Virus record (IMG/VR): IMGVR_UViG_3300025072_000006
Coordinates: 1-53,396 of that record
Length of the DNA: 53,396 bases
Strand: one strand, 5' to 3'
From: a virus
Taxonomy: Duplodnaviria > Caudoviricetes
The translations under genes and the position numbers were made by a program. The notes under the pieces are model-generated. The model ran no database searches. It had not been told where the DNA came from and saw nothing but the letters and a program-made list of their open reading frames with translations. This document shows, piece after piece, positions 9,835 through 17,866 of this stretch; positions within the stretch are counted from its first letter, which is position 1, and each line of letters begins with the position of its first letter.

Positions 9835-11058
9835 TTATCCTATATAAATCTTAGTTGGTACTTTTGACAAAATTTCGTTCATTGCCTCATTCTCTGCTTG
9901 TTGTCTTGTCATCATACTTTCTTTTGTCATTTTTTCCAAAAATTCTCTTAATTGAGTTATGAGTGCATCTTTTTCTGATGTTCCTTGTGATATCAATTCT
10001 GGGCCATTTAATGTAACTTCTGCATTTGGGATTGGCACCGTAGAATACTTTCCTCTAACGTAACCTAACATTTCTTTTGTTAATGCCAATGCATATTTTA
10101 TAATCCAAGCACGCCCCATATCATTAATTTTACTATATTTTTGATACGTATATGGTATATTTGATACATCAGATACTACCCCAGTTAACGCCGCAGTATT
10201 TCCAAATAAAATTGCATCGTTTGCTTTTCTTTCTTCAAATATAAATTCAAACCAAACATTATCATAATATGGTGTTGCGGCTGTTCCTTGTGTGCCTGGA
10301 ACTGGATATAATCTTATATCATCGCCATGTAATTCAAATGAAAAATGTGATTTTCGAATTCTATCATTAAATTCGATCGACTGTATTCTCAATAAATCTT
10401 GGTGAATTGGCATCATCATAAAATTAACTGATGGTGAAAATCCGCCAAAATCAAAAGAATCTAATAATTGTTGTGACCCCATGCCCGTACCTACAAATGG
10501 ATCAAAATATCTAACAATCGCTGGTGGAACATTATGTAATACTCTTTTAACTTCAATTGAACTAGTATCTGATAGTGCTATTCCTAATGATTTAGATACT
10601 GCTGCCCTTATACTATACGACTGTACTCCATCTCGTACGTCGATTGATGCAGAAAACCATTTTAAATTCCCTCCAGAGTCTCCTTCGGTCCCATATGTTT
10701 TTGATAGCTTTGTAATATATGATAATGAGCCACCAACTAATGTATCTGAAAAACTGCCTTCTGATAAAAATTGAGATCCTGTATTAATTCCTAATGTATT
10801 TAATAAATTGTTAGCTATATTGACTTGGTTGACTTGATTTGAATATTCTATTACCGCAGATTCAAATGCCGTATAAAAGTTTATATCTATTAATTCGACA
10901 TCCATAATTGGATATCCAACGTTGTTTGCTGCAAATACTGCGAAGCTGTCTGCTTGTTGTTGAAATAGCGCATCACTATCAAAAAAACCAAATGGAGTCT
11001 GTCCAGGGCTAAATGATGAGCTTCCGGGCCAGATTGGTTTATTTTCGCTGTAATCCAT
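9835..11058 (-). CDS. Neck/adaptor protein (T4 gp13-like)
   Basis: GYPIMDVEL near the N-terminus and WIIKYALALTKEMLGYVRGKY..IP...VTLNG near the C-terminus match the gp13 pattern. Confidence 0.8.
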   Translation of the reverse strand: MDYSENKPIWPGSSSFSPGQTPFGFFDSDALFQQQADSFAVFAANNVGYPIMDVELIDINFYTAFESAVIEYSNQVNQVNIANNLLNTLGINTGSQFLSEGSFSDTLVGGSLSYITKLSKTYGTEGDSGGNLKWFSASIDVRDGVQSYSIRAAVSKSLGIALSDTSSIEVKRVLHNVPPAIVRYFDPFVGTGMGSQQLLDSFDFGGFSPSVNFMMMPIHQDLLRIQSIEFNDRIRKSHFSFELHGDDIRLYPVPGTQGTAATPYYDNVWFEFIFEERKANDAILFGNTAALTGVVSDVSNIPYTYQKYSKINDMGRAWIIKYALALTKEMLGYVRGKYSTVPIPNAEVTLNGPELISQGTSEKDALITQLREFLEKMTKESMMTRQQAENEAMNEILSKVPTKIYIG

Positions 11059-11097
11059 TTGTTTCCTCTTTTATATAAATATGTTTATTATTTTTGA

Positions 11098-11373
11098 TTA
11101 TTGCAATTTAGTTAATGTAGTTTCTAGCAATTGCATTTCTTCTAATGTTTCAATTTTTCCAATACACAATTTTCTAACTGCGTGAAATGATTGTCTAGGT
11201 GGATATGGTGTCATTAGTTTCATTGTAACTAACTCTGCTCCTTTACCTAAATCTTGTTCAATATGAACCATTAATACAAGCCGAATTGCTCGTATACGAT
11301 CTAACACATCTACTAAATTTCCTTTATAACGAATTCGAACTTGCATTGAATATTTTGTTCTAGGTGCTGCCAT
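11098..11373 (-). CDS. Small hypothetical protein
   Basis: 91-aa ORF with an AGGA site and its own TATTTATA motif upstream. Confidence 0.6.
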   Translation of the reverse strand: MAAPRTKYSMQVRIRYKGNLVDVLDRIRAIRLVLMVHIEQDLGKGAELVTMKLMTPYPPRQSFHAVRKLCIGKIETLEEMQLLETTLTKLQ

Positions 11374-11409
11374 TACTTTGTTTCCTATAATTCTTTTATA
11401 TAAATATTA

Positions 11410-11446
11410 AAACAGTAAGAAAGGGATGACCTAAATCATCCCTTCC
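11410..11446 (-). terminator. Intrinsic terminator after the major capsid gene
   Basis: Minus strand GGAAGGGATGAT-TTAG-GTCATCCCTTTC followed by TTACTGTTTT. Confidence 0.8.
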
Positions 11447-11494
11447 TAATTCAATTGTTAATTCTATAATTAATTAAATTTATTTATCTAACTA

Positions 11495-13144
11495 TTAAAG
11501 AGTATTTAATCCAGCTACATAAACTTTACCATAGAACTCAGGTCTTACGATTTTCTTCGCATAACGAGTCATAACCCCTTTTCTAGGAGTGAAGTTTACA
11601 GGATCGTACACTAATGGAGTCATGATAAGTGGAACGTATGGAGAATAAACTGCTCCAGTTTCAAGGAACTGTGCTCCTCTATATCCCATAAGGATTACGT
11701 TTTCTTTCATGTATGGGTTCTTATAAACTGTGTATCTATTATTCATAGCACCAATTTTTTGAACACCAGCGGCAAATTCCATTTTGTCACCATCTGTGTC
11801 AGCAGCAAATCCAGGAATAGATTCAAGGATAGTTGCAACAGCAGGACTAGTAACTAAGAAATTCGCTCCACCTCTAAGTGTCTTTTGGTGAATTTGATTC
11901 GATACTTTTTGAAGTTTAGTACCAAGTGTCTGGAACCATTCTCCTTGAGTATTATAATATCCACCGCCAGTTCCTACAGGTTTGCCAATAAAGCTATTAC
12001 TTGCAGCATCATAGAATTGATTAGACTCTGCTGACCAGAACTCAGTAGTAACTGCGCCATTGATAAGCATATCTAATATTTCAAGATCGATTTCCATCGA
12101 TACATATTCACTTAACATTGAAGTTAATTCAGCTTCAGCGTCAATTGAGTGATAAGCATTCAAATCTTGAGCAAATTCAGGTGTCCAAACAGCCTTTAAC
12201 TTTCTAGTCTTAGCAACGATTGGATCTGATTGCATTTCAAGATTCACTTCAGGAATATCAATATCTGTTCCTTCATTGATACCAAGATTAGTACCAGAAC
12301 CTTTAAATGGATCTGCATCTTCGAAATCACCTCTGGTTATATCTGATGGTTGTCTATTATATGAACAAGTATATCCGCCTGCAGCTAATACTGCGCCAGA
12401 TCCTGTTACAACAAACTCAATGTTTCCACCATTTAATCTAGTAAATGCTGGGAATTGAGTAAATGTTCCTGCTGATCCCGTAGATAATACAAATGATCTA
12501 ACAGCTGTATCATCAAATCTAGCTAGAGATGTAGTTGGAAATGATATTACTTGATATTTAGTTCCAAAAGCTGCAACATCAGTAAATGTACTGTCATAAT
12601 TAACAGATGCAGATGTTGCACTTGCTATAGTAGCAGTATCGCCTTGTAAATGTTCGTTAATAGAATAAGCAAATCTACCAGCGCCATAAAGACCGCCTGA
12701 TGCTTCGCCTGCATCTGAAGTAACACCGAACATCGAGTTATCGGCATTTGGAGAACCAAATTTGTATGCATTAGATGTTCCACCTGTTGTGTCAAATCCA
12801 GGTTGTGCTGTTCCATATTTAAAGTCTAAGTAAAATACTAGACCTGATGGTAGATTCATTGGTTGTACAGAAACGAATTCTTTAGCAGCAAATTCTGCAA
12901 AAATTCTTCTTACCAATGGAAGAGCTACCCCTGCCCATTCTTCTGATCCCTCTGCGGTGCCAGTTCCTGACGATTCTCTTACCAGCTGTCTAGCTTGGTT
13001 TTCAAGAAGCTGCGCCATTCCTGCTCGCTCGGTTTCATTTTTTAGGCCTTCTAGAAGACCTGTTCTTTCCCATTTTGATACTAGCCCTTTGGCTTTGTTT
13101 CTCTGGGAAGGATTATTGTCTTCTAATAATGATGATATATTCAT
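11495..13144 (-). CDS. Major capsid protein (T4 gp23-like)
   Basis: LPLVRR, VSVQPMNLPSGLVFYL, AKTRKLKAVWTPEFAQDLNAYH.IDAEAEL, YSPYVPL and FTPRKGVMTRY are hallmark gp23 motifs. Confidence 0.97.
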   Translation of the reverse strand: MNISSLLEDNNPSQRNKAKGLVSKWERTGLLEGLKNETERAGMAQLLENQARQLVRESSGTGTAEGSEEWAGVALPLVRRIFAEFAAKEFVSVQPMNLPSGLVFYLDFKYGTAQPGFDTTGGTSNAYKFGSPNADNSMFGVTSDAGEASGGLYGAGRFAYSINEHLQGDTATIASATSASVNYDSTFTDVAAFGTKYQVISFPTTSLARFDDTAVRSFVLSTGSAGTFTQFPAFTRLNGGNIEFVVTGSGAVLAAGGYTCSYNRQPSDITRGDFEDADPFKGSGTNLGINEGTDIDIPEVNLEMQSDPIVAKTRKLKAVWTPEFAQDLNAYHSIDAEAELTSMLSEYVSMEIDLEILDMLINGAVTTEFWSAESNQFYDAASNSFIGKPVGTGGGYYNTQGEWFQTLGTKLQKVSNQIHQKTLRGGANFLVTSPAVATILESIPGFAADTDGDKMEFAAGVQKIGAMNNRYTVYKNPYMKENVILMGYRGAQFLETGAVYSPYVPLIMTPLVYDPVNFTPRKGVMTRYAKKIVRPEFYGKVYVAGLNTL

Positions 13145-13160
13145 TATTTCTTTCCTTTTT

Positions 13161-14189
13161 TTAGTTAGGCAATAAACCAGCTAATTTCTTCCATCGATTA
13201 GCTAATTCATGTCCTTCGTTAATAATTTGTTTCGTTTTCTTACTCGGTGCAGTAGTTCCAGATGGTTTGGAAGCATAGCTTTCTTTTACCATTTTGCGCT
13301 TTTTAACAGGCACATTGAAACTTTCTGCTAATGTACTAAACACTAATTTTACTTCTCTAGTTGTTCCAGCTCTATCAAAATTTTCAATTACTTTCATTTT
13401 TTGATTTTCATTAAGCTCGAAGTTCCTAAATAATTTGTTAGTGTAAAGGAGCTTTGCATTTAAAAGATTGACTTCATTGATTGTGTGTCGAAGTGAATGA
13501 ATCGTGTTATAAGCTTCTTCAAGCTCTTCTTTTGCTGATTCATCTACTGGTTCTTCTTCAATATCTAGTTCAGCAGCTTCAATATCATCATCTTCAGCAA
13601 GAATTGATTCAATGATTTCATCGATGTTAAAGGCTTCTTCTAAATCATTGTCTTCAATTTCAGCTTCTGTATCTTCTACTTGTTCATCACCAGGAACGGT
13701 TACATCTTCATTTAAGTCTTCTTCTAACTCTCTAATAATAGATTCAAGTTCCATATCATCAACAGGTGCTGGTACTTCTTCAGATGGTTCGATAATTTCT
13801 TCACCTGCGTCAAACTCTCCTTCAATTTCATCACCGCCTGCTGGCACTAATTCATATTGTTGTCCGCCTATCGTAATAGATGTATCATCTTCCATGCCTG
13901 CTTCGGCACCTAGATCACCTAATGGATCTTCTATTGGAGCTTCTCCGCCTAATTCGGCTTCTAAGTCCATTTCGCCGGCGCTTTCTAAGTTCGCAGTTGG
14001 TTCGTCGAATTCCATCGGCAGCTCTTCATCAAATTCAGCATATTCGTCTTCAGCTAATTTAGTTGATAACATTGATTGAATCCTTGGAGCAAAAGCTTCT
14101 TCTAATGCAATTTTTGCGTTTGCTAATGCGGTTTCTTTAACGGCCTTAGCGTCCGCAATCGCTTCTTTTAGCAAATCTGATTTTGCCAT
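13161..14189 (-). CDS. Prohead scaffolding/core protein (gp22-like); start revised to 14189
   Basis: Very acidic coiled-coil protein directly upstream of the capsid gene. MAKSDLLKE at 14189 follows AAGGAG; the track's extension to 14336 crosses a terminator. Confidence 0.8.
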   Translation of the reverse strand: MAKSDLLKEAIADAKAVKETALANAKIALEEAFAPRIQSMLSTKLAEDEYAEFDEELPMEFDEPTANLESAGEMDLEAELGGEAPIEDPLGDLGAEAGMEDDTSITIGGQQYELVPAGGDEIEGEFDAGEEIIEPSEEVPAPVDDMELESIIRELEEDLNEDVTVPGDEQVEDTEAEIEDNDLEEAFNIDEIIESILAEDDDIEAAELDIEEEPVDESAKEELEEAYNTIHSLRHTINEVNLLNAKLLYTNKLFRNFELNENQKMKVIENFDRAGTTREVKLVFSTLAESFNVPVKKRKMVKESYASKPSGTTAPSKKTKQIINEGHELANRWKKLAGLLPN

Positions 14190-14221
14190 TTTTTTTCTCC
14201 TTAAATTTTTTTTTTTGGAAA

Positions 14222-14284
14222 TAAGATTATTTGGAATCTTAATAGAATAATTAATTTTCGTGACGTTATATAGATTGATAACGT
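14222..14284 (-). promoter_or_regulatory. Two-hairpin 5' leader of the scaffold-capsid operon
   Basis: Perfect 7-bp inverted repeats at 14222-14228/14235-14241 (TAAGATT/AATCTTA) and 14263-14269/14278-14284 (ACGTTAT/ATAACGT). Confidence 0.55.
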
Positions 14285-14310
14285 ATTTACAATAAATATA
14301 GGGTAGTTTG

Positions 14311-14349
14311 AAAAAACAGTAAAAAAGCCCTAACATTTCTGCTAGGACT
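14311..14349 (-). terminator. Intrinsic terminator after the lipoprotein gene
   Basis: Minus strand AGTCCTAGCA-GAAA-TGTTAGGGCT followed by TTTTTACTGTTTTTT; GNRA loop with two G-U pairs. Confidence 0.85.
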
Positions 14350-14370
14350 TAAATTTAAATTGATTTTGAA

Positions 14371-14592
14371 TTATTCAGCTACAGGTTCTTCTGGTGCAGA
14401 TTCTTCTGCGTCTGGCTCTGTTGCTTCAATTTTTAAAATCAATGTAGAATCCGTTACTTCAATAGATTCAACTTCAACTTCAACTCCTTCATTAAGAGTT
14501 GGTGCATCTGCGTCTGTTACACCCGCGTCTGCTTCTTGTGTATTACAAGCAACCATTGCTCCCAATACAAATAAAAATACTAGTTTTTTCAT
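14371..14592 (-). CDS. Small acidic lipoprotein
   Basis: MKK plus hydrophobic core plus lipobox MVAC, then an E/D-rich tail. Confidence 0.75.
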   Translation of the reverse strand: MKKLVFLFVLGAMVACNTQEADAGVTDADAPTLNEGVEVEVESIEVTDSTLILKIEATEPDAEESAPEEPVAE

Positions 14593-14638
14593 AATTTTAC
14601 TTTTTTTTTTTTTGTTATTAATTAAATTTTTATACTAT

Positions 14639-14667
14639 AATATAATAAATATTTTACACATATCCAA
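14639..14667 (-). promoter_or_regulatory. Putative host-sigma-type promoter TTGGAT-N17-TATATT
   Basis: Same spacing and similar boxes as the sites at 15373-15401 and 33408-33436. Confidence 0.5.
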
Positions 14668-14668
14668 C

Positions 14669-14926
14669 CTAATCGTCTGCGTGTAAGTCTTTTATTTTTT
14701 GGGTATATATTGCATCGATTTTTTGTTTTCTTCTCTTTACACTTGGTTTTAAAAACTCTCTTCCTTCTTTCAAGTTTACTAAAACATCGGAATCTTTTAA
14801 TTTTCTTTTCCAAATCCTTAATGCAAAGTTAATATCTTTTTCTACGACTCTAGCACTGATGCCATGTCCTGGGGCTACTGATAGGTGTTGTTTTTGTTTT
14901 TTACTCATTCTTTGTTTTTTATTCAT
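14669..14926 (-). CDS. rpsU: Phage-encoded ribosomal protein bS21 homolog
   Basis: RVVEKDINFALRIWKRKLKDSDVLVNLKEGREFLKPSVKRRKQK fits the bS21 pattern V..IxxALRxFKRK...L.E.K.R..FxKPSxKRR. Confidence 0.85.
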   Translation of the reverse strand: MNKKQRMSKKQKQHLSVAPGHGISARVVEKDINFALRIWKRKLKDSDVLVNLKEGREFLKPSVKRRKQKIDAIYTQKIKDLHADD

Positions 14927-14937
14927 TATAACTTATT

Positions 14938-15354
14938 TTATACGATATCGTTTGTGGGTGGGGCAGGTGGTGGTGCTTGTGGTTGTTGTGGTGCTTGTGG
15001 TTGTGTAGGTTGTCCTGTAGTAAATTTAAATCTTGCTACTTCTGGTAGCTGACTTATAAATCCTTGGATTCTTTGTGATTCTTTTCCTGGGTCTTCTCCT
15101 AACCTAAAATGAAAGAATCCTAATCCTTTTGCATCATTAAATTGTGTTCTAATAATATGCATTTTCTTTTTTGCTGCAAATTGTTGTATGTCTTTTCTTA
15201 CATCAATTGCTGTTGCTGGATTATGTAATTGGTAAACTACACCTCCTCTATAATCGGTCATATGATTTAATAAATCTGCTTCTTCTAGTTCTGGCGATTC
15301 ATTTATTTTCTTAAACCCGAAAAATTTTCTATACATATCATTAACATTTGACAT
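14938..15354 (-). CDS. Hypothetical protein, possibly head-associated, with P/Q-rich tail
   Basis: 138-aa ORF in the head module with KINE and ELEE sites near the N-terminus. Confidence 0.6.
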   Translation of the reverse strand: MSNVNDMYRKFFGFKKINESPELEEADLLNHMTDYRGGVVYQLHNPATAIDVRKDIQQFAAKKKMHIIRTQFNDAKGLGFFHFRLGEDPGKESQRIQGFISQLPEVARFKFTTGQPTQPQAPQQPQAPPPAPPTNDIV

Positions 15355-15372
15355 TCTTCTTACCTTTTATAT

Positions 15373-15401
15373 AATATAATAAATTTTTTTCAACAATCCT
15401 A
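15373..15401 (-). promoter_or_regulatory. Putative host-sigma-type promoter TAGGAT-N17-TATATT
   Basis: Lies upstream of the 138-aa gene and bS21; same architecture as 14639-14667. Confidence 0.45.
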
Positions 15402-15767
15402 GGAATCCATTTCAAAATATCGATTTAATCCTCTTCCAATATCTTCAAATGCAGCTTCAAATCTTTCTCTTAATACTGACATTTCTTGTGCTGTCTTTTC
15501 GAATACTTTATATGAATTTGCTATTTCTTTCATGTTTCTGTTAACAGTCATTCCATCAAACCAATCTCCTTCTGAAAGTGTTACTTGGTTTGCTGTTTCA
15601 ACCATATATTTTACCTTTTCACACAATTCTTTTAAATTGGTTTTTCCATATACGCCTTCTCCTAATTGAGAAAAGCCTCGAATTGCTTCCATAAAAGCTT
15701 TTTTCTGTTCTTTGGTTACCTGTACAGGTTCGCTTTCTAATGCTTCCATTAACGCTCTAATATTCAT
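15399..15767 (-). CDS. Hypothetical helical head-module protein
   Basis: 122-aa ORF immediately downstream of the protease gene, with an AGGA site. Confidence 0.65.
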   Translation of the reverse strand: MNIRALMEALESEPVQVTKEQKKAFMEAIRGFSQLGEGVYGKTNLKELCEKVKYMVETANQVTLSEGDWFDGMTVNRNMKEIANSYKVFEKTAQEMSVLRERFEAAFEDIGRGLNRYFEMDS

Positions 15768-15769
15768 AA

Positions 15770-16393
15770 TTATATCCTACATTTTCCATCATCACAAAGT
15801 ATTGAAGTTATAATTTCATGTACTCTGTCATATTTGTTTATTACATTCATTTTATTTGCCGACTCAAACATTGGTTGCATAAATGCTCCTGTAGTCGACG
15901 GATTAGATACAAAGTCCCAACATATTAATTCAAAGTCTTCTTGAACTTCAACTGCTGATTCTTTATATAATTCTTTTACACTTCCTAAACCTCTACTAGA
16001 TATTCCTAATGTTATCCCTGATTTAAATAGTGATTTTAATATATTTCCTGCGGGAGTATCTAATACTTGTACTGCTCCTTTAAGACTATCGCCATCCCAC
16101 CATATTTTTAAAACATTGTGAGATACATTATTTAAATTAACAATTGATGATTCAGGATGATCTAATTCTCCTAATGCTCTATTTTGATCAATATATTCTT
16201 TTTGATATCTTACGCACTCTCTAGCTAAAATATTTTTTGGGTATATTCTTCCATTCTGGTTTTTTGCTCCAGCTCTTTGTAATACCCCTTGAACTACCAT
16301 TCCACCAGGTATGCCGAATTTTGCTCCGTCTGCCTCGGTTAGTGGCGAAAGTGGTTTAAATGGCATATATTCTACTAACAATGATTTAGACAT
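15770..16393 (-). CDS. Prohead protease (T4 gp21-like)
   Basis: NQNGRIYP, ALGELDHP, NVSH, GISSRGLGS and DFVSNPST motifs. Confidence 0.95.
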   Translation of the reverse strand: MSKSLLVEYMPFKPLSPLTEADGAKFGIPGGMVVQGVLQRAGAKNQNGRIYPKNILARECVRYQKEYIDQNRALGELDHPESSIVNLNNVSHNVLKIWWDGDSLKGAVQVLDTPAGNILKSLFKSGITLGISSRGLGSVKELYKESAVEVQEDFELICWDFVSNPSTTGAFMQPMFESANKMNVINKYDRVHEIITSILCDDGKCRI

Positions 16394-16394
16394 C

Positions 16395-16976
16395 TTATTC
16401 TCCTAATCTTCTAACACGTTCAGAAATCTTTAATAATCGTTCTGAAATCTTATTTAATGCTGTGTGAGTAGACTTTCCATATTCGGCCCTTGTCATTCCT
16501 GATTCGTTTTTTAATCTACCTGTATAATTTATTAATTGTTCAATTTCTTGTAATTTTTTAGCTACTTCCCTGATAGTAGTATTTACTGTTCTGGATGGCG
16601 ATGCTTTTGAGCCATTACCCATTGCAAATTTAGAATATGATTCAATTAGCTTCTCATATTTCTTATCCATTGCTTCGGAAACAGATGCCCATTTATAATC
16701 TCGTTTCTTCTTCCCAAATGCCTTTGGGGTCATATATGAACCTGCCCCTCCGGATGTTGATGCTTCTTCTATATCTTCTTCTGTTATATTAATTTTTTGA
16801 GTTGGGTCTTTTTTTTCTAAATCACTTACTGTTTCTTCCCAATCAGGATCTCCTCCCTTTGATACAGTAATTACTTCATCTATACATATACATTCATGCA
16901 TACCACATTCTTCACACAGTTCTGCTTCATTAACAGTTTTAAATTTTTTTTCTATTTCAGTTAAAAAGGATTTCAT
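16395..16976 (-). CDS. Putative prohead core protein
   Basis: Between portal and protease; many xxE sites and an EASTSGGAGSYMTPKAF motif. Confidence 0.55.
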   Translation of the reverse strand: MKSFLTEIEKKFKTVNEAELCEECGMHECICIDEVITVSKGGDPDWEETVSDLEKKDPTQKINITEEDIEEASTSGGAGSYMTPKAFGKKKRDYKWASVSEAMDKKYEKLIESYSKFAMGNGSKASPSRTVNTTIREVAKKLQEIEQLINYTGRLKNESGMTRAEYGKSTHTALNKISERLLKISERVRRLGE

Positions 16977-17827
16977 TTTATATTTGCCTCTTTTAATTCT
17001 TTAATTAAATCAAAATATCTTAATAATGATAATACATGAGATTCTTTAATAGTTTTAATTGTCTTAACATTACAAAGCATTTCTGATAATTTGTCTACTT
17101 TAATTTTTGTTACTTTGTCATCTATTAATTTAATATGTTCTTTTAATTGTTTTTTAATAACTGGAATAACTTTATTGATATATTCCTTTAAAGACTCAGT
17201 ATCATTAACGTGTGTAATATAATGATTAAGCAAATTCTTTTGAGATTCATTTAACCCAGAATATTTTTGATTAAATTTATCAACTAATAATTTATATGTT
17301 AATAATCGAACATCTTTGTGTTGATTTTTAAATGTTTCTAATACAGTATCTTTTTTCGGAGTATTTACATTTCCAATTAAAATATGTTCTATAATTACAT
17401 CTTTACATTCTAATATTTGTTTAGGATTACGTGATTCATCATATTCAAATAATTTATATATCGAAGCAATTTGTTTATAATTATTAATCCTAATTTTTGA
17501 CATTTTATCAAAAATAAAATTGTTTGATATTTCTTTTACTAAATTATACCGTTGTCTTTTAATTAAAGATTTATTTAATTTATTGTGTGTATCTTTACAA
17601 GACCTAATAAAATCTAATGCTCTTGCTTCTGACTTAAATTGTTCTTTTATTAATGAATTATATAATTGTAGTTCTTTTGACATCTCTGTATTTTTTCCGA
17701 AATACTTTTTAATTATATCAATTGTCACCGACTTATCTGAAGTCAATGATTCGGATGTTAATTTCCTTACTAAAATTTCGAATAATATTGCCGTATTCTT
17801 ATATTTAGAATGTTTTAGTTTTTTCAT
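16973..17827 (-). CDS. Hypothetical head-module protein
   Basis: 284-aa basic helical ORF downstream of portal, with TATTTATA at 17850-17857 upstream. Confidence 0.6.
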   Translation of the reverse strand: MKKLKHSKYKNTAILFEILVRKLTSESLTSDKSVTIDIIKKYFGKNTEMSKELQLYNSLIKEQFKSEARALDFIRSCKDTHNKLNKSLIKRQRYNLVKEISNNFIFDKMSKIRINNYKQIASIYKLFEYDESRNPKQILECKDVIIEHILIGNVNTPKKDTVLETFKNQHKDVRLLTYKLLVDKFNQKYSGLNESQKNLLNHYITHVNDTESLKEYINKVIPVIKKQLKEHIKLIDDKVTKIKVDKLSEMLCNVKTIKTIKESHVLSLLRYFDLIKELKEANIK

Positions 17828-17866
17828 ATCGAAACAAAGTTCCTTTACATATAAATATCGTGTTAA

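Noticed and set aside
14190-14336. N-terminal extension of the scaffold ORF to 14336
   Set aside because: It crosses a terminator and the late motif; the AAGGAG site supports the start at 14189.
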